This document shows positions 16,638 to 28,700 of a DNA stretch of 34,291 bases, piece by piece. The position numbers and the translations under genes were made by a program. Source of the stretch: a virus (Duplodnaviria > Caudoviricetes); IMG/VR virus record IMGVR_UViG_3300047551_001440, positions 1 to 34,291 of that record; one strand, written 5' to 3'. Under the pieces are notes generated by a model. It was not told the origin of the DNA. It searched no databases and saw only the letters and a program-made list of their open reading frames with translations. How positions within the stretch are numbered: the stretch's first letter is position 1; each line of letters starts with the position of its first letter.

Positions 16638-16846
16638 CCAACGGCGGCCCCGCGTTTCCTGTGCCGATGTTTAGCGTAGGCCACGCAAAGTACGAAGCAC
16701 AACAGCAAGGACTCAGCCTGCGCGACTACTTTGCCGCCAAGGCGATGCAGGCTTTGCTGACGCGCAAGCCCATGTCCGGCGCTGAACAGGCGCGGGAAGC
16801 GTACATCGTGGCAGACGCCATGCTCAAGGCAAGGGGGCAGGAATGA
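16634..16846 (+). CDS. Conserved phage protein (GGPAFP...LRDYFAAKAMQ type)
   Basis: Recognisable motif; GGAGAG RBS. Confidence 0.8.
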   Translation: MTNGGPAFPVPMFSVGHAKYEAQQQGLSLRDYFAAKAMQALLTRKPMSGAEQAREAYIVADAMLKARGQE

Positions 16847-17211
16847 CCAAGGAAGAAGTTATCCACATCAAAGCGGCCAACTACGCCAACGACCTCAAGA
16901 AACAATTTCTCCAGAAGGTCAAGGAGGGGGCCATTGAACCTCGCACCAAAGAGATGGAGGGGTGGATATGGATGGCCCAATACGAAGGCTACAGAGATGC
17001 CCTGCAAGACTTGTTGAAGGAGTTTAAGCAAGAGCCAGTGGCCTGGATGGATAAACAAGTCACGCCGGAGGATCAATCAGTCAGGCTCACCGCATTCAAA
17101 GAAGTGGCAGAGGCTTGGGAGTTTTCAGTTCCGCTTTACATCCGGCCCGTCTTGGATGCAACACTGTTGGCGTCTAAACAGGGCGCACTCAAAGACAGGG
17201 GAAAGAAATGA
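16843..17211 (+). CDS. Hypothetical protein (EPVAW...PLY module)
   Basis: ATGA overlaps; QEPVAW motif. Confidence 0.7.
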   Translation: MTKEEVIHIKAANYANDLKKQFLQKVKEGAIEPRTKEMEGWIWMAQYEGYRDALQDLLKEFKQEPVAWMDKQVTPEDQSVRLTAFKEVAEAWEFSVPLYIRPVLDATLLASKQGALKDRGKK

Positions 17212-17612
17212 CGAAGGAAGACATCATCCGCATGGCGCGGGAGGCGGGTTTTACAGATGCCGACGAAAAAGGCGTCTGGATCACAGACGGGTACTGGACG
17301 GAGGAGATGGAACGCTTCGCCGCCCTTGTTGCCGTGCAAGTCGAAGCAACATGGCAAAACAGATACCTGAAGTTGATGGATTTGATGCAGATACGGGAAG
17401 GCCAACCGAACAAGCCATGCTGTCTAGCCGAGCGTGAAAAGTTTGAGAAGTTGATTGACGAACTGACCAACAAGTCTCTGCATGCACAGTTAAACGCAGT
17501 CGCTGCCGAGCGTGAGGCGTGTGCGAAGGTGTGTGAGAGGCAGTGGGGCATCGACGGGCAACACACCGCAAACGAATTCGCCGCCGCCATCAGAGCAAGG
17601 AGCAAGGAATGA
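17208..17612 (+). CDS. Hypothetical protein (AEREACAKVC type)
   Basis: IIRMAREAG...ERFAALV...EREACAKVCE...AAAIRAR. Confidence 0.75.
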   Translation: MTKEDIIRMAREAGFTDADEKGVWITDGYWTEEMERFAALVAVQVEATWQNRYLKLMDLMQIREGQPNKPCCLAEREKFEKLIDELTNKSLHAQLNAVAAEREACAKVCERQWGIDGQHTANEFAAAIRARSKE

Positions 17613-17812
17613 CTGAAAAGACAAACAAGATTACGTTTGCACCAGGGTGCTTTGATAACTTCGACGGCACTCAGGACGAACTTGACGAACTCATCGCCCA
17701 GATCAAGAAGATGGTGGAGGACGGAACCCTGGAAGAGAACGCCACCCCGCTCACTCCCGAAGAGGAGGAGTTGATGTTTCAAAAAATGAACCAGAGGAAA
17801 GAGCGGCAATGA
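17609..17812 (+). CDS. Acidic hypothetical protein
   Basis: ATG 17609 overlaps the upstream stop; FAPGCFDNFDGTQDELDEL. Confidence 0.7.
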   Translation: MTEKTNKITFAPGCFDNFDGTQDELDELIAQIKKMVEDGTLEENATPLTPEEEELMFQKMNQRKERQ

Positions 17813-18492
17813 ACCCCATCACCATCGCCTGCGTTTACCGCACACAGAAGGTGTATGGGGCCTACAAAAACCCCACATACTCACCCGAGTATGTGGAGAA
17901 ACTCAAGCGCGGGTTTGAGCGACACCTTCCTCTGCCTCATCAGTTTGTCTGCCTGACTGATGCGCCCTTCTCCGACTACTGCATCCCGCTCCTGCATGAC
18001 TGGCCTGGATGGTGGTCCAAGATTGAACTGTTCCGTCCTGGCCTACTGACCGGACGGGTCTTGTCCGTGGACTTGGACACCGTGCTGCTTGGTGACCTGT
18101 CTGCCCTGTTTAACCATGACGAGAGGCTCGTGATGATGCGGGATCGGTCCTTCGGGGTTCCCAACTCGTGCCTGATGTACTGGGACACCGACAACTCCCA
18201 CATTTACACGACCTTCTTGGAAGCCCCCGAAAAGCACATGCACACCTTCAGGTTGGGTGGGCACGGCAGTCAGTTCGGGGATCAGGGGTTCATTGAGATC
18301 GTGCAGCGTGGCAGGCCCATCGCCATGTGGCAGGACATCCTGCCTCCCGGCTCCCTGGTCCACTACAACAAGGACATCCACAAAACCTCGGATTGGAAAG
18401 ACCGCAGCAAGGACGCGATCCTCTGTTGGTGGTCTGCCACGCCGAAGCCCCGCGACACGCAACATCCTCTTGTTCTGGAGAACTGGGTATGA
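17809..18492 (+). CDS. GT-A fold glycosyltransferase-like protein
   Basis: FVCLTD, WWSKIELF, DLD (DxD), NSCLM, GDQ. Confidence 0.75.
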   Translation: MNPITIACVYRTQKVYGAYKNPTYSPEYVEKLKRGFERHLPLPHQFVCLTDAPFSDYCIPLLHDWPGWWSKIELFRPGLLTGRVLSVDLDTVLLGDLSALFNHDERLVMMRDRSFGVPNSCLMYWDTDNSHIYTTFLEAPEKHMHTFRLGGHGSQFGDQGFIEIVQRGRPIAMWQDILPPGSLVHYNKDIHKTSDWKDRSKDAILCWWSATPKPRDTQHPLVLENWV

Positions 18493-18725
18493 AACACATT
18501 GAACTACTTCAGCGGTGCCATGACCTTCTCCGCAAGGTCGATACGGTGACCCCTGAAGGACGGGTTACGCCTGACGGTGACCGCCTCGCCAAAGACATCA
18601 ACGACTACCTCAACCATGTCAGCAGTCACGCTCATGGCTGTTGGTCATGGGGGCCTCAGCACTACATGTGCGCCTACGAACACATCAAACAACTGGAGAG
18701 AGAACTTGCCAACCTCAACGACTAA
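18489..18725 (+). CDS. Hypothetical protein with His/Cys cluster
   Basis: ATGA overlap; SHAHGCWSWGPQHYMCA. Confidence 0.65.
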   Translation: MKHIELLQRCHDLLRKVDTVTPEGRVTPDGDRLAKDINDYLNHVSSHAHGCWSWGPQHYMCAYEHIKQLERELANLND

Positions 18726-19137
18726 GCCGTGGGGCGCAACGGTCGCCAGGATCGAACTGGCGATTAAACAGCATGGCCCCATGACGAGGGCTGACCTTGA
18801 GCGTCACCTGGGGATGACCAAGGATCAGTTCGGCGGTTGTTTAACCCGCATGACCAGGGACCTGCCACTGGCCCCACAGCGCATCCATGTTGCGTCGTAT
18901 GTGTATGACCAAGAGGGTCAGCGTCGATACCCTCGGGCTGTTTACGCCTACGGTCCCGGAGAAAACAAGCCCAAGCCGAAGGCTGATACAAAGAAGAACC
19001 GGATGCTGTACTACAGGCGAAGCCTCAACCGCATCCGCAACGCTTCTGTATTTAACCTTGGGCTGCGCCGGGATGACATCCGGCAGATGAAGAAAGATGT
19101 TTTCTCTTCCTCCGTACACATGGGACAAGGATCGTGA
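18706..19137 (+). CDS. Putative HTH DNA-binding protein
   Basis: GPMTRADLERHLG, RYPRAVY; TTG start at 18706 after GGAGAGAG. Confidence 0.6.
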   Translation: MPTSTTKPWGATVARIELAIKQHGPMTRADLERHLGMTKDQFGGCLTRMTRDLPLAPQRIHVASYVYDQEGQRRYPRAVYAYGPGENKPKPKADTKKNRMLYYRRSLNRIRNASVFNLGLRRDDIRQMKKDVFSSSVHMGQGS

Positions 19138-19408
19138 ACTCTGTAAAAGATGTAAACATTACCGAGAGCGCGTCGAGGATGATCGATACAACTCAAGAGC
19201 ATTGGTCATGCTCTGCGCCGTCAACCCGTACAAAGGCCGGGGCAAGATCGGAACATGCGGTGACAACCGCAACCGCGGCCCGTGTGGAAAAGAAGGCCGT
19301 TTGTTTGAAGCCATCGGACCCGTACCCGACTTGGCCGTTTACACAGATAGAACCAAAGTCACTGGCCCGGTGGTGCAGGAAGAACGTCAAGTCGGTGTAT
19401 CAGATTGA
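19097..19408 (+). CDS. Cys-rich zinc-binding hypothetical protein
   Basis: CKRCKH...C...C...CGKEGRLFE. Confidence 0.6.
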   Translation: MFSLPPYTWDKDRELCKRCKHYRERVEDDRYNSRALVMLCAVNPYKGRGKIGTCGDNRNRGPCGKEGRLFEAIGPVPDLAVYTDRTKVTGPVVQEERQVGVSD

Positions 19409-19420
19409 GGAGGCTCTTCT

Positions 19421-19714
19421 GTGAACTACAGAAACCAGTACCTCCTTGAAGCGGTAAGGGGGTCTGCCTGTCAGCACTGCGGAACGCAGGACGGCACCAT
19501 CGTCGCCGCGCACTCAAATCAGTTGCGCGACGGGAAGGGCAAGGGCATCAAGGCCCACGATTACCGGATCGCGGCCCTGTGCTTTAAATGCCACTACAGC
19601 ATTGACCAGGGTTCCGCCCTGACCAAGTCAGAGCGACAGGACATGTGGGAGGCCGCTCACAGGAAGACCATCGGGTGGCTGTTTGAACAGGGCCACCTGA
19701 TGCTCATCAAGTGA
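19421..19714 (+). CDS. DUF1364/YbcO-like Zn-binding putative nuclease
   Basis: CQHCG...VAAHSN...GKGKGIKAHD...LCFKCH. Confidence 0.75.
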   Translation: MNYRNQYLLEAVRGSACQHCGTQDGTIVAAHSNQLRDGKGKGIKAHDYRIAALCFKCHYSIDQGSALTKSERQDMWEAAHRKTIGWLFEQGHLMLIK

Positions 19715-22700
19715 TCAAGAGGTCTGCTTCTTCAGCATCTGGATGTTCGATGTCATCTGGTTCTCAATCTGGGTGATTGCCCGGATGAGGTCCCGCTTGG
19801 CATCGGCATCCATCGGCAGACTGCGGACCATGTTCTTGGTGTCCCGGTACTGCTTCATGGTCTTCTCAAGGTCGAGGATGTAGTCCTTGAACGCGAACAT
19901 CTTGATGTTCTCCGACATGTACTGACCGTACTGTTCGAAGTTCATGCTGCGCTCAAGGAGGTTGGCCGTCCGGGTTGCCTCATCCACCGAGTTCTTGAGA
20001 TCGTAGTACGCCGTCACCTGACCACGAGCGTCAGGGTCCAGGGCGAAGCGTTTAACCACGGGCATTTGCTCGAAACGCTTACTGGCCTTCGGGTTGTCGG
20101 TGTGCATGTCCCACACGGCATCGATCACATCAGACATGTACTGCCCGATGGTTCCCGTGTATCCCTTGATGATCTGGTCGATCTTCATGGGGGACATGTT
20201 TAACGCTCCACCCAGGCCCTCTGCCAAGCGTGAGGTGCCGGGGCCAACCTGATACCCAGGAGCCACCCCCTCCAACCCTTGTCCCACGATGGGACGGAAG
20301 GTGAAGAAGGAGAAGTTGGTGGTGGCCTCAACCAGGGGCAGGATGGTCTGAGGAATCGGGTTTACAGCAAGGGTGCTCGCCAGATTCCGGGCCATCGACT
20401 TTGTGAAGTCCTTGGCCGTGTCATCCCCAAGGGTCAGCGCAGCGATCCGCTCAGGGATCACCTTGAACAGCACACCCACTTCGAACGGGATGGGGATACG
20501 AATGCCCAGTGAGGGGAAGAGCCAGTTGTTGTCCCTGGTTTCCTGCTCCTGACGCTTGTACTCCTCATCGTCGTGGGTGAGCATCCAGTACATCGTGGAC
20601 AGGGCTGCGATGGTCATGCCCCGCACCCAGAATGCCCTTTGGATTTCCTTTGCGTTCTTGGTGGCGTTCTTCCCGAATCCTGCCCGGTACAGAACGTCTA
20701 AACCCTGCATCCGTGCGTTGAGGAACGGAATGGCCGCGGTCGCTACACGGACGATGGGGTTGTTGCCCTTGCGGTTGAAGTTCATCACCTCAAGCGCACG
20801 GAACAGTGCCTCGGCTTCGTTGCCCGTTTCCTTCAGGGTGGACTTGTAAACCTCAATCCGGGTAGCAGCGTCAGAAGCCTGCGTTCCCTTCTCCAGGCCC
20901 TCCCACAGGTATGTAAACGGGCGCATGGCCTTCTCGCCCGCCGTTGGCTTCCCACCTGCGCGGCGCAGTTCCTTGCCGAACTCCTTGGCCGCTTCCTTCG
21001 TGCCCTGTGAGTAGTCGTACCCTCCGATGATGCCTGCCATCTGAAGGATGTTGAACTCGGGAGACTGACCCGCCAGGGTCTTGGTGAAGTTGGCGAGCGT
21101 GGCCGTAATCGGTGTCATGTTTACACCGCTCGTAGTCCACGCAGCCAGAGAGTCCCGCATCATGTTGGCGAGCATGAAGCCGGGGTCCTTGGTCACAAGG
21201 TTCCGCAGGACGTTGGCCGGGGCGGCAAGCAACCCGATAAACGGCAGATCAGGCATACCCAGAGACTTGATGGCCTCAATGAAGAGCATGTCCGAGGTGT
21301 CGTAATAGACCTTCTCGCCGTCCTCCAGAACGTAGAAACTGTTGATGGGGTCAGGGGTAGCGCCCTTAGGCACCTTGTCCACCATCCGAACATCCATGCC
21401 CACATCAGCGGCGCGACGGGCAGCAATGTTCTTCACCCCTGCCTGAACAGCAGCCTGGGTGTTGCGAACCATGTTCTCAAGGAAGTCCCCAAGCGGGTCC
21501 TCACCGCCCTTGAGTTTGCGGGGTTGTTTAACCGCAGCAATGGACTGGAAGATGCGCGGCCCGACAGCATCATCATCACCCTGAATCTGGCGATAGAAGG
21601 GCAGGTAGTCACCATGCTTGGTGAACTCGTATGCCTGCTTGCGGCTCAGGACCCCGGTATCCACCATGAACTCAACCAGAGCGTCGTTGTAGGCGTTCCA
21701 TTCCTTCTGAATCTTTTCGAAATCAACCCCGTCCTTCAGGAACTGCTGACGCAGTTGTTCAGCCTTCTGGATGTCGGCCTTTTCGAACAGACGCTCCTTG
21801 ACCACCTGCCCTTGGGCGTTGGTCATCCACTTCTCACCCCGTTTAACGCCTGCCCAGAATTGGTAGTACTGATAGGCCATAGGATCGCCGTACTTCGCCA
21901 GGGGGGCGAAGATGGCAAGCGGTCCCTTGATGGTGTTGTTCTTGTTGGAGACGGTCACATAGCCGCGCTCCTTGACTGACCCGCCAACCTTCTTGGCGAA
22001 GGCTTCAGCAGCACGGCGGTCAGTGATCTTCCCGCCCAACTGAATGAACTGATCACCCTGAGGACCGGGCACACGCTTCTCAACCGCGTAGTAGCGGTTG
22101 TAAACGGGCACACCACCGATCTTGTCGTACACACCCAGAGCGCCTGCCACGATGCCTGCACCGAGGTCAGACAGCAGAGCAGCCGATTCTGCGGTCTGGT
22201 CCGCGTACATTTCTGCCCCGCCACTGCGGGCGAGTTTCAACTTGTCGGCATCGCCAAGACGGTTGTATCTGTTTAACGCGGCAGCACGATAGCGCGAGCG
22301 AGACTCGGGCGCGATGGCGTCAGTGATGCGCTGCTCAAAACCCTTCTCTTGCCGAACCGTCGTGGTCTGGAGGGTCCGGGCAGTGATGGCAGGATCAATC
22401 TGGGACTTCAGGCTGAACCGGATGTCAGGGCTTGTTGGTTCAAACGTGCCCACATTCCCAATGGCAGACTTGACCTGAGTCGGCTTGTAAACGGCTAGGT
22501 TTTTGCGACCTTCCTCTTTTACATAGAAAGAATCAAAGCCTGCCAGTTGTATTGCTTCTTGGACTTCTGGTAATTCAATAATTTCCCAATTACCACTACG
22601 AATATCGCTCCAAAAATAATCATCATCAAGATTTAATTCTTCTTTAATGCGACGAATGTGACGAGTATTTTGATAATCAAATGGGTTTTCTGCCTTTACA

Positions 22701-25700
22701 AATAAAGGCATGATGTGAGGTCCTGTCAATGGCTCAAACCCATATGTTTGACTTTCTTTGGCAAATTTTTCCGCAAATACCGGATCATCTGTTAAGAAAA
22801 TGGGCGCACCACGCTTGGTTTTCCGGGTGAAATCAGTTGTGTCTTTGGCAAGGCCGTGATACATCAACTTTGGCTCACCATTGGCATCCACAACCTTGCT
22901 GTCACCGAACCACCGCCTGAACGCTTCGGTCTGAGGAGCACGCAGGCTGAACTTGACTTCACCTTCGCCGCCGAATTTCTGTTTAACCTCATCGCGGTAC
23001 TCCCAACTCAGGGGAGTCATCTCCACATTGCGGATGCCTGCGATGGCTTTTCCTTGGGAGCCAAATGACTGCGGCCTGAGGTAAACGCTTTTGGGCTTGG
23101 CACTCTTTTCGTGACTGCCACCAGACAACCCAAGGTAAACAGGAACTTCCTCAATGCCTGCGTCCCGAAGAGCCATCATGCGGTGGCGACCCTCGTGTCC
23201 CGTAATTTCGTATTCATCAGGGCTGATGCGGCGGATGTCGAGCGTTATCGGCTGACGCTCATTTGCAAGTTCTTCGCGCCGCAGCGGTTCACGCTCTGTC
23301 TCAAGCCGCTCCCGGTAATCTCGGGTTGCAGTGGCATCAAGGAAGTCACTTGGACGGATAAACGCAGCGTAGCCCTTGGTATCACCCTCTCGACCATTCT
23401 GCGTGTACATGTTGGACGAAATCAGAGACTCAATGCGCTTGTCAGTCCAACGGCCCGAGCGCAGGCTGAACCGGATGTCACCCGCCTTCTGAGCCTCCAC
23501 AGCCTGCTCTTCGGTCATGCCAACCCGAGCAGCCTCTTCTGCCGTGGGGGGACGCTGTCCGAAGGTGCCGACGTTCTTGTCGATGGACTTGATCTTGGTG
23601 ATGTCGTACACACCAAGGTTCTTGGTCCTGCCCTCGCTGACATAGAACGAGTCGAAGTTCTTCCGGATGGCCCTCTGGACCTCGGGCGTCTCAATGTCGC
23701 TCCAGTCGCCCAGGCTGACCGTCTCCTTGTACCTGTCGTTTACCGCCTTCTGGAACTCCTTCGGGGTGCGCTCCAGGGTCTGCTTGAGCATGAAGTTCTC
23801 AGGGGCGAAGATGTCCACACCCTTCGGGGCAGGCTCGTACCCGTACTTCCTCTTGACCTCCGGGTCAGAGAGCATGTTCTTCATCACCGTGTTTACATGC
23901 TCTTTGTTGTCGTAGTCGAACGGCCTCTCTGAGAGGACGTACAACTCCATCACCTGTTCCTTGGCCTCAGGAATCTTGGAGAAGGCGATGTCGTACCAGA
24001 TGTCTTCCAGTTCACCCTTGAACTTGTAAACGCCCGTCTCCTTGGCGTCCATCAACGTGTCGTTGATGCTGTCCATGAACTGCATCGTGGTCTTGCTCTG
24101 CTTGCCGTACTCCGCGTAAACCCTCTGCCGCAGTTCTTGGACGATGGGCCGGATTTCAGATACGGGCAGGAACTCACCAATGTGCCGCACCATCCAGTTG
24201 CGGGATGCTGATGTAAACGGTTGGGCAAACCGGGGGTTGGGACTGACGAAGGTAGCCCCCGCCTGCTTGGGACGGAACTTGAAGAAGGTCAGCCCAGTGC
24301 CGTGGTACATGGGAATCAGGTTCCCATCCTTGTCCACGATGGCCGACTTCTTCGCGGCCTCCTGCAACTCGGGCGTGGTTAAACGAGTCTCTGCAAGGCT
24401 GAACTTGGGAGGCGTTACTTCTGTGGGTTCTGCTTGGGCAGGCTCTCCACGAACTTCTGTAGCGCCTGCGACCTCTCCTCTGGCGACATCCCCACGACCA
24501 TCGCGCTCAGGGAAGACCACAGAGGGTCCCTCTCGTCTATCAGTCTTTTGGGACTGGGCGATGATGGCTTCTTCGTATCCGATGTCATCTGCTTTCCTTC
24601 CGCTGAGTTTTTCGTATAAACGCTTCTCGTAATACCAAAGAGCGGCTTGGATGTCTGCCAACGTCAAGTCAATGCCCTCGCTCCTCAGGATGCCCTGAGC
24701 ACGGCGAGCCGCCCGGTACATAAAGTCACGGTCATTGGCTGTAAACGGCGCCTCTTCCAGACCTTCAAACTCGTTCTTGTAGATGGTGTTTGCCATCTTT
24801 TCGAGGTTGTGGTCATACAGGAGTTGGTCATAGGCGGGGCCTGCCACTCGCTGTGCCTTGGTAAACCAAGCGGGCTTGGCTCCCTTTTTAGATGGCTCCT
24901 TTGAGCCAACCAGATGCTCCAGTTCGGTGGTGTACCCAAACTCTTCGTACTTGTTACGCAAGGGGATCGTTGCCGCCACCAGATCATCACGATCCATTGA
25001 CGGGTCACCGATCATGTCCCGGAACTTTTCGATTGAGGCATCTGTGGCGCGGGGGATGAGCAGGCCACGCATCCGATTGATGGAGCGAGTCCACCACAAA
25101 TCCATCGTCAGGTAGCCTTCAGAGCCGGAGAGGTTGGCGTAGAAAGCCCCCAGTTTTGGCCCGAAGTAAACAGCCGCCGCAGGAACAACGGTGTTGTACA
25201 GGTAACTTGTGTCTGGCTCTTCACCCATTGCCCGCAGTTGGGCATTCATGTCCTTGACGGTGATTTCTTGCTTGAGCACCTTCTCAAAGTCGGTGCCATG
25301 CTTTGCCAGAAGGTCTTGGATGACCTGAAGGTTGTTCTCTAAAGCGGTTGCTCGACGGTTGCCCATCGCAACCAATGGCTTTCCACTACGCAACTTGGAG
25401 TACAGCGTGATGGCGTTGTCGATGTTCTTGTTGACCTTTTCGCCGTTGGAGGTCACGGCAACCAGTGCCGTAAATACCGCCCGTGCGTGTCGGTTTGTGG
25501 CAAGTTCCGGGAACCGATTGCCAAGCCGTTTAACGGCCCGTGGATAGTTGTTTGAGTACCACCCAAGCCCGGTTCCAGTCTCACGCTTGCCTGCCGTCAG
25601 TTGATATGCCACCTCATCCGCGATGGCCTTGGCGATGGCCGTCTCGTTGAGCAGGTTCAACTTCTTGCGGTCCATCTTCCCCTGTTCGCGGAGGGTTTGC

Positions 25701-28700
25701 TCGTTTAACGCAATACCAATGTCACGAACCTTGTTGGCGATGCCGCGCTTGGTTGCAATGTTCAGTCCAAGTTCTGCCCGCGCAAACTCATCGTTGGCCT
25801 CCATGATGGCCCGTGTAGACAGGGGCACTTCACCACGCAGGCTGAACTTGCCTTCGGGGGCTTTTTGTTCAATTGGGATGTTGTGCCGACCAATCAGGAC
25901 GGCAAAGCCCTGCTGCCCTATCGGATCACGGTGCAGGTATCCATCAAACCCTGCCCGCATGATCGAACGCTCAAGGTTGGAGGCTCGGTCATTGGCGTCT
26001 TCACCACGGTTGTTCTTGATGATGCCAAGCGGGTCAGCAATGACATCGTATAAGTTGTTTAGACGAACAATGTGCTGAACGCCACCAACCCCTGCCTCTT
26101 GGCGCACACCCTTGCCCGTGTTTACATAAAAGTAAATGCGGGGCTTGATGTCTGAGTTCTTGGCGTCAGAAAGACGGTCAGCCTCGGCACCCCGAAGGCC
26201 GGTGCCGTAGTAACCCGAGATGAGGGTGTCTCTGGGCTTTTGGCTGAAATGAACGCCAATGGCGCTTACTGCGCCTTCTCGGGGGCTTCCGTATTCTGCT
26301 TGGGGTTCACCAGTCTGAGGAGCGATTCCTCCGCTGACTGAGCGAGTGATTGCTCTGGAGTCAATCCATCGATCCCTGAGTTTGAGCGCTTCTTCTGATA
26401 GGTACTGAAGCCGATTGCGCCCTTCCCGCCGAGCATCTGGCCCTGGGGCACCGTCACGGTATTTACTTTCGCCATATCGAGTCCCCTCAAGGTAGTCTTC
26501 ACGCTTGTCGGGCCAAACAAGTTCGCTATGGAAACGAACAGGCAACGACACATCGATGCTTCCATCATAGTCAAACGACTCAATAGCGTCAACGATGGCA
26601 GACCGATATTGGTCATCCGTCAGGGTTTCAATGCTGTCGTTGTAGGCCGAGAAGTTCCCGTACAACAGCGCACCATCGCGCAACGTGTCGCCTTCAGCCT
26701 GGGGAACCCGGTCTGCGATATGCCTGCGAAGTTGTGTGATCTTCTGATCGTCCATGCCCTTGGGCAAGAAGACCTTGACGAAGCCCGCTTGGTTGTCTGA
26801 TGTGGTGTTGAACTCATCAAAGGCAACCATCGCCTTCTGATCCAACACATACCCCAACACACTTGCCAGTTCAGACAGGTCTTCTGCCGACGCACTATCA
26901 GGGGCAGAGATCAAAACATTTGGATTCCTCTGGCCTTCGTATGTCCCAGATGAAAACTGATACTTGTAGCCTTTAAACCCAAGGTAATCGAGTACGCGGC
27001 CCACGACTTGGTTGGCAACAGACTTGGTCGCACTCATGCGCTCTTCGTCCGTCATCTGCTTCCAAGACTCGGATACAGGCTGATCTGGGTTGGGGGCAAC
27101 CTCTGCAATAACGCCGCGAGGAGATGGGACTCCCTGTTGGGCAAGGCTCGCTTTGGGCTGAGTTGGCGTCTCTTGTTTAACAGTCTTCTGCGGTGCAGAA
27201 ACCTGCCCCTTTTCAACCCGCTCAAACAGACGCTCGGGCGTGACCTCTGCCATGCCAACCGATTCCTTGATCGACTGGAAGAGATTACGCATCTTGGCGA
27301 TCAGCGCCCGGATCATGCCCGGAGGTGCCTTGGCGACGGCGAAGTCCCCAAACGCATCCGCGATGGCCTCTTCAACCATCGACTCCTGAATGGCGGCGTC
27401 ATCCAACCCTTGCTGTTTGAACAGACGGGTGTATGCGTCGTACCTGCTTTCCTTGCCCGGTTGCAGGTAGTTGCCGTCGATGTCCCGGTTACGCAGGTAG
27501 GTGTCGATCCAAGTCGTGTTGGCCTGTTTAACCAGAGACTGCCACTGCGCCGGAGTGAAGAACTCCAACTCCTTGAGCGCGTGGATGGACTCATGTTTAA
27601 GTGCCCGCACAGGGTCAGCCGTGTTCACGGCCAACTGGATCAGGCCCTTGGAGTAAACACCGTTGGCGTTCTTCAGGTCATCGATGACCTTCACGCCCAC
27701 GTTGGTCAGACCGTAGCGTTTAACCTGCTCTTGGAGGAGGCCCTGGAACTTCTCCATCTGCGATGAGATGACCGATTCCTGCTCCGCGATCAGTTCCTGG
27801 GTGGTCGGAGGCTTGAACTCAGCAGGAGTTACTGGAGCGGGTGGGACTCCTTCTCCTGCAACAGGCGCTCCAACATCCGCGACAGGAGGAACCACTCCAG
27901 TTCGTTCAACTCCCTCAACTCCTGGGGCGGGTCCAGTGTCAGTGGGTCCAACAGGAACTGGAACGCCTTCTCCACCTGCTGTTTCGACAACTTGTCCAAC
28001 ATCAGGCACCTCCCTCGTGCTCAGGTACTCGTTGATGACGTTTAACGCATCAGTGGCTGCTTGACGCTGCCCTCGACTGACCTCGGGACTGGTGCTTGCG
28101 GCACTCAGGGTTGCCTTGATCTCTTCAGCCTGTGCGGGGTCGTTGATGTCCTTGTTCAGGAGGATGTTGTACAAGTCACCCTTGCGGAAGCCAAGGTCCT
28201 TCAGGGCATCCTTATCAAGACGGTTGCGGCCCTCTTCATCTGCCTGGGCACGGAGTTCTTCAAGGAACGCCTTGCGGGCGATGATGTCGGACTGGGTGTT
28301 GCGGATGTCCTCATCCAGAGACTTCATCTCGGGGGTCAGGCTCTTCTTGCCGAGCACCACATCTGTGGTGCCAGACACCACACCACCACCCAGACCGCCC
28401 TTCAAGCCTGCGTTGAGGAACCGCTCAAGGTTCTTCTCGGAGAAGAACTCTTGGTTCTCATCCACGAACTTCTCAGCAGCAGCGGAGGACATCTCCTGAG
28501 CCGCTTCCGTTGCACCCTCGGTGAGGAATCCCTTGGATGCCCCGACACCGAAGCGTTTAATCCAGGCACCAACGGCCTGCTCTTCAGGGATGCCTGACTT
28601 CCTGAGTTTGGTCAGGATAGACAGCGGAAGCGCGGCATCAAGTAGGCTGTTGAACCCACCAAAGAGGAGGGCTGACCCGATGCTTTCCTGCTCCGTCTCG

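Noticed and set aside
19134-19424. 96-aa CDS overlapping 19097-19408
   Set aside because: N-terminal part is an alternative frame of the Cys-rich gene; only a 39-aa TTG-start peptide (19305-19424) is plausible and support is weak.
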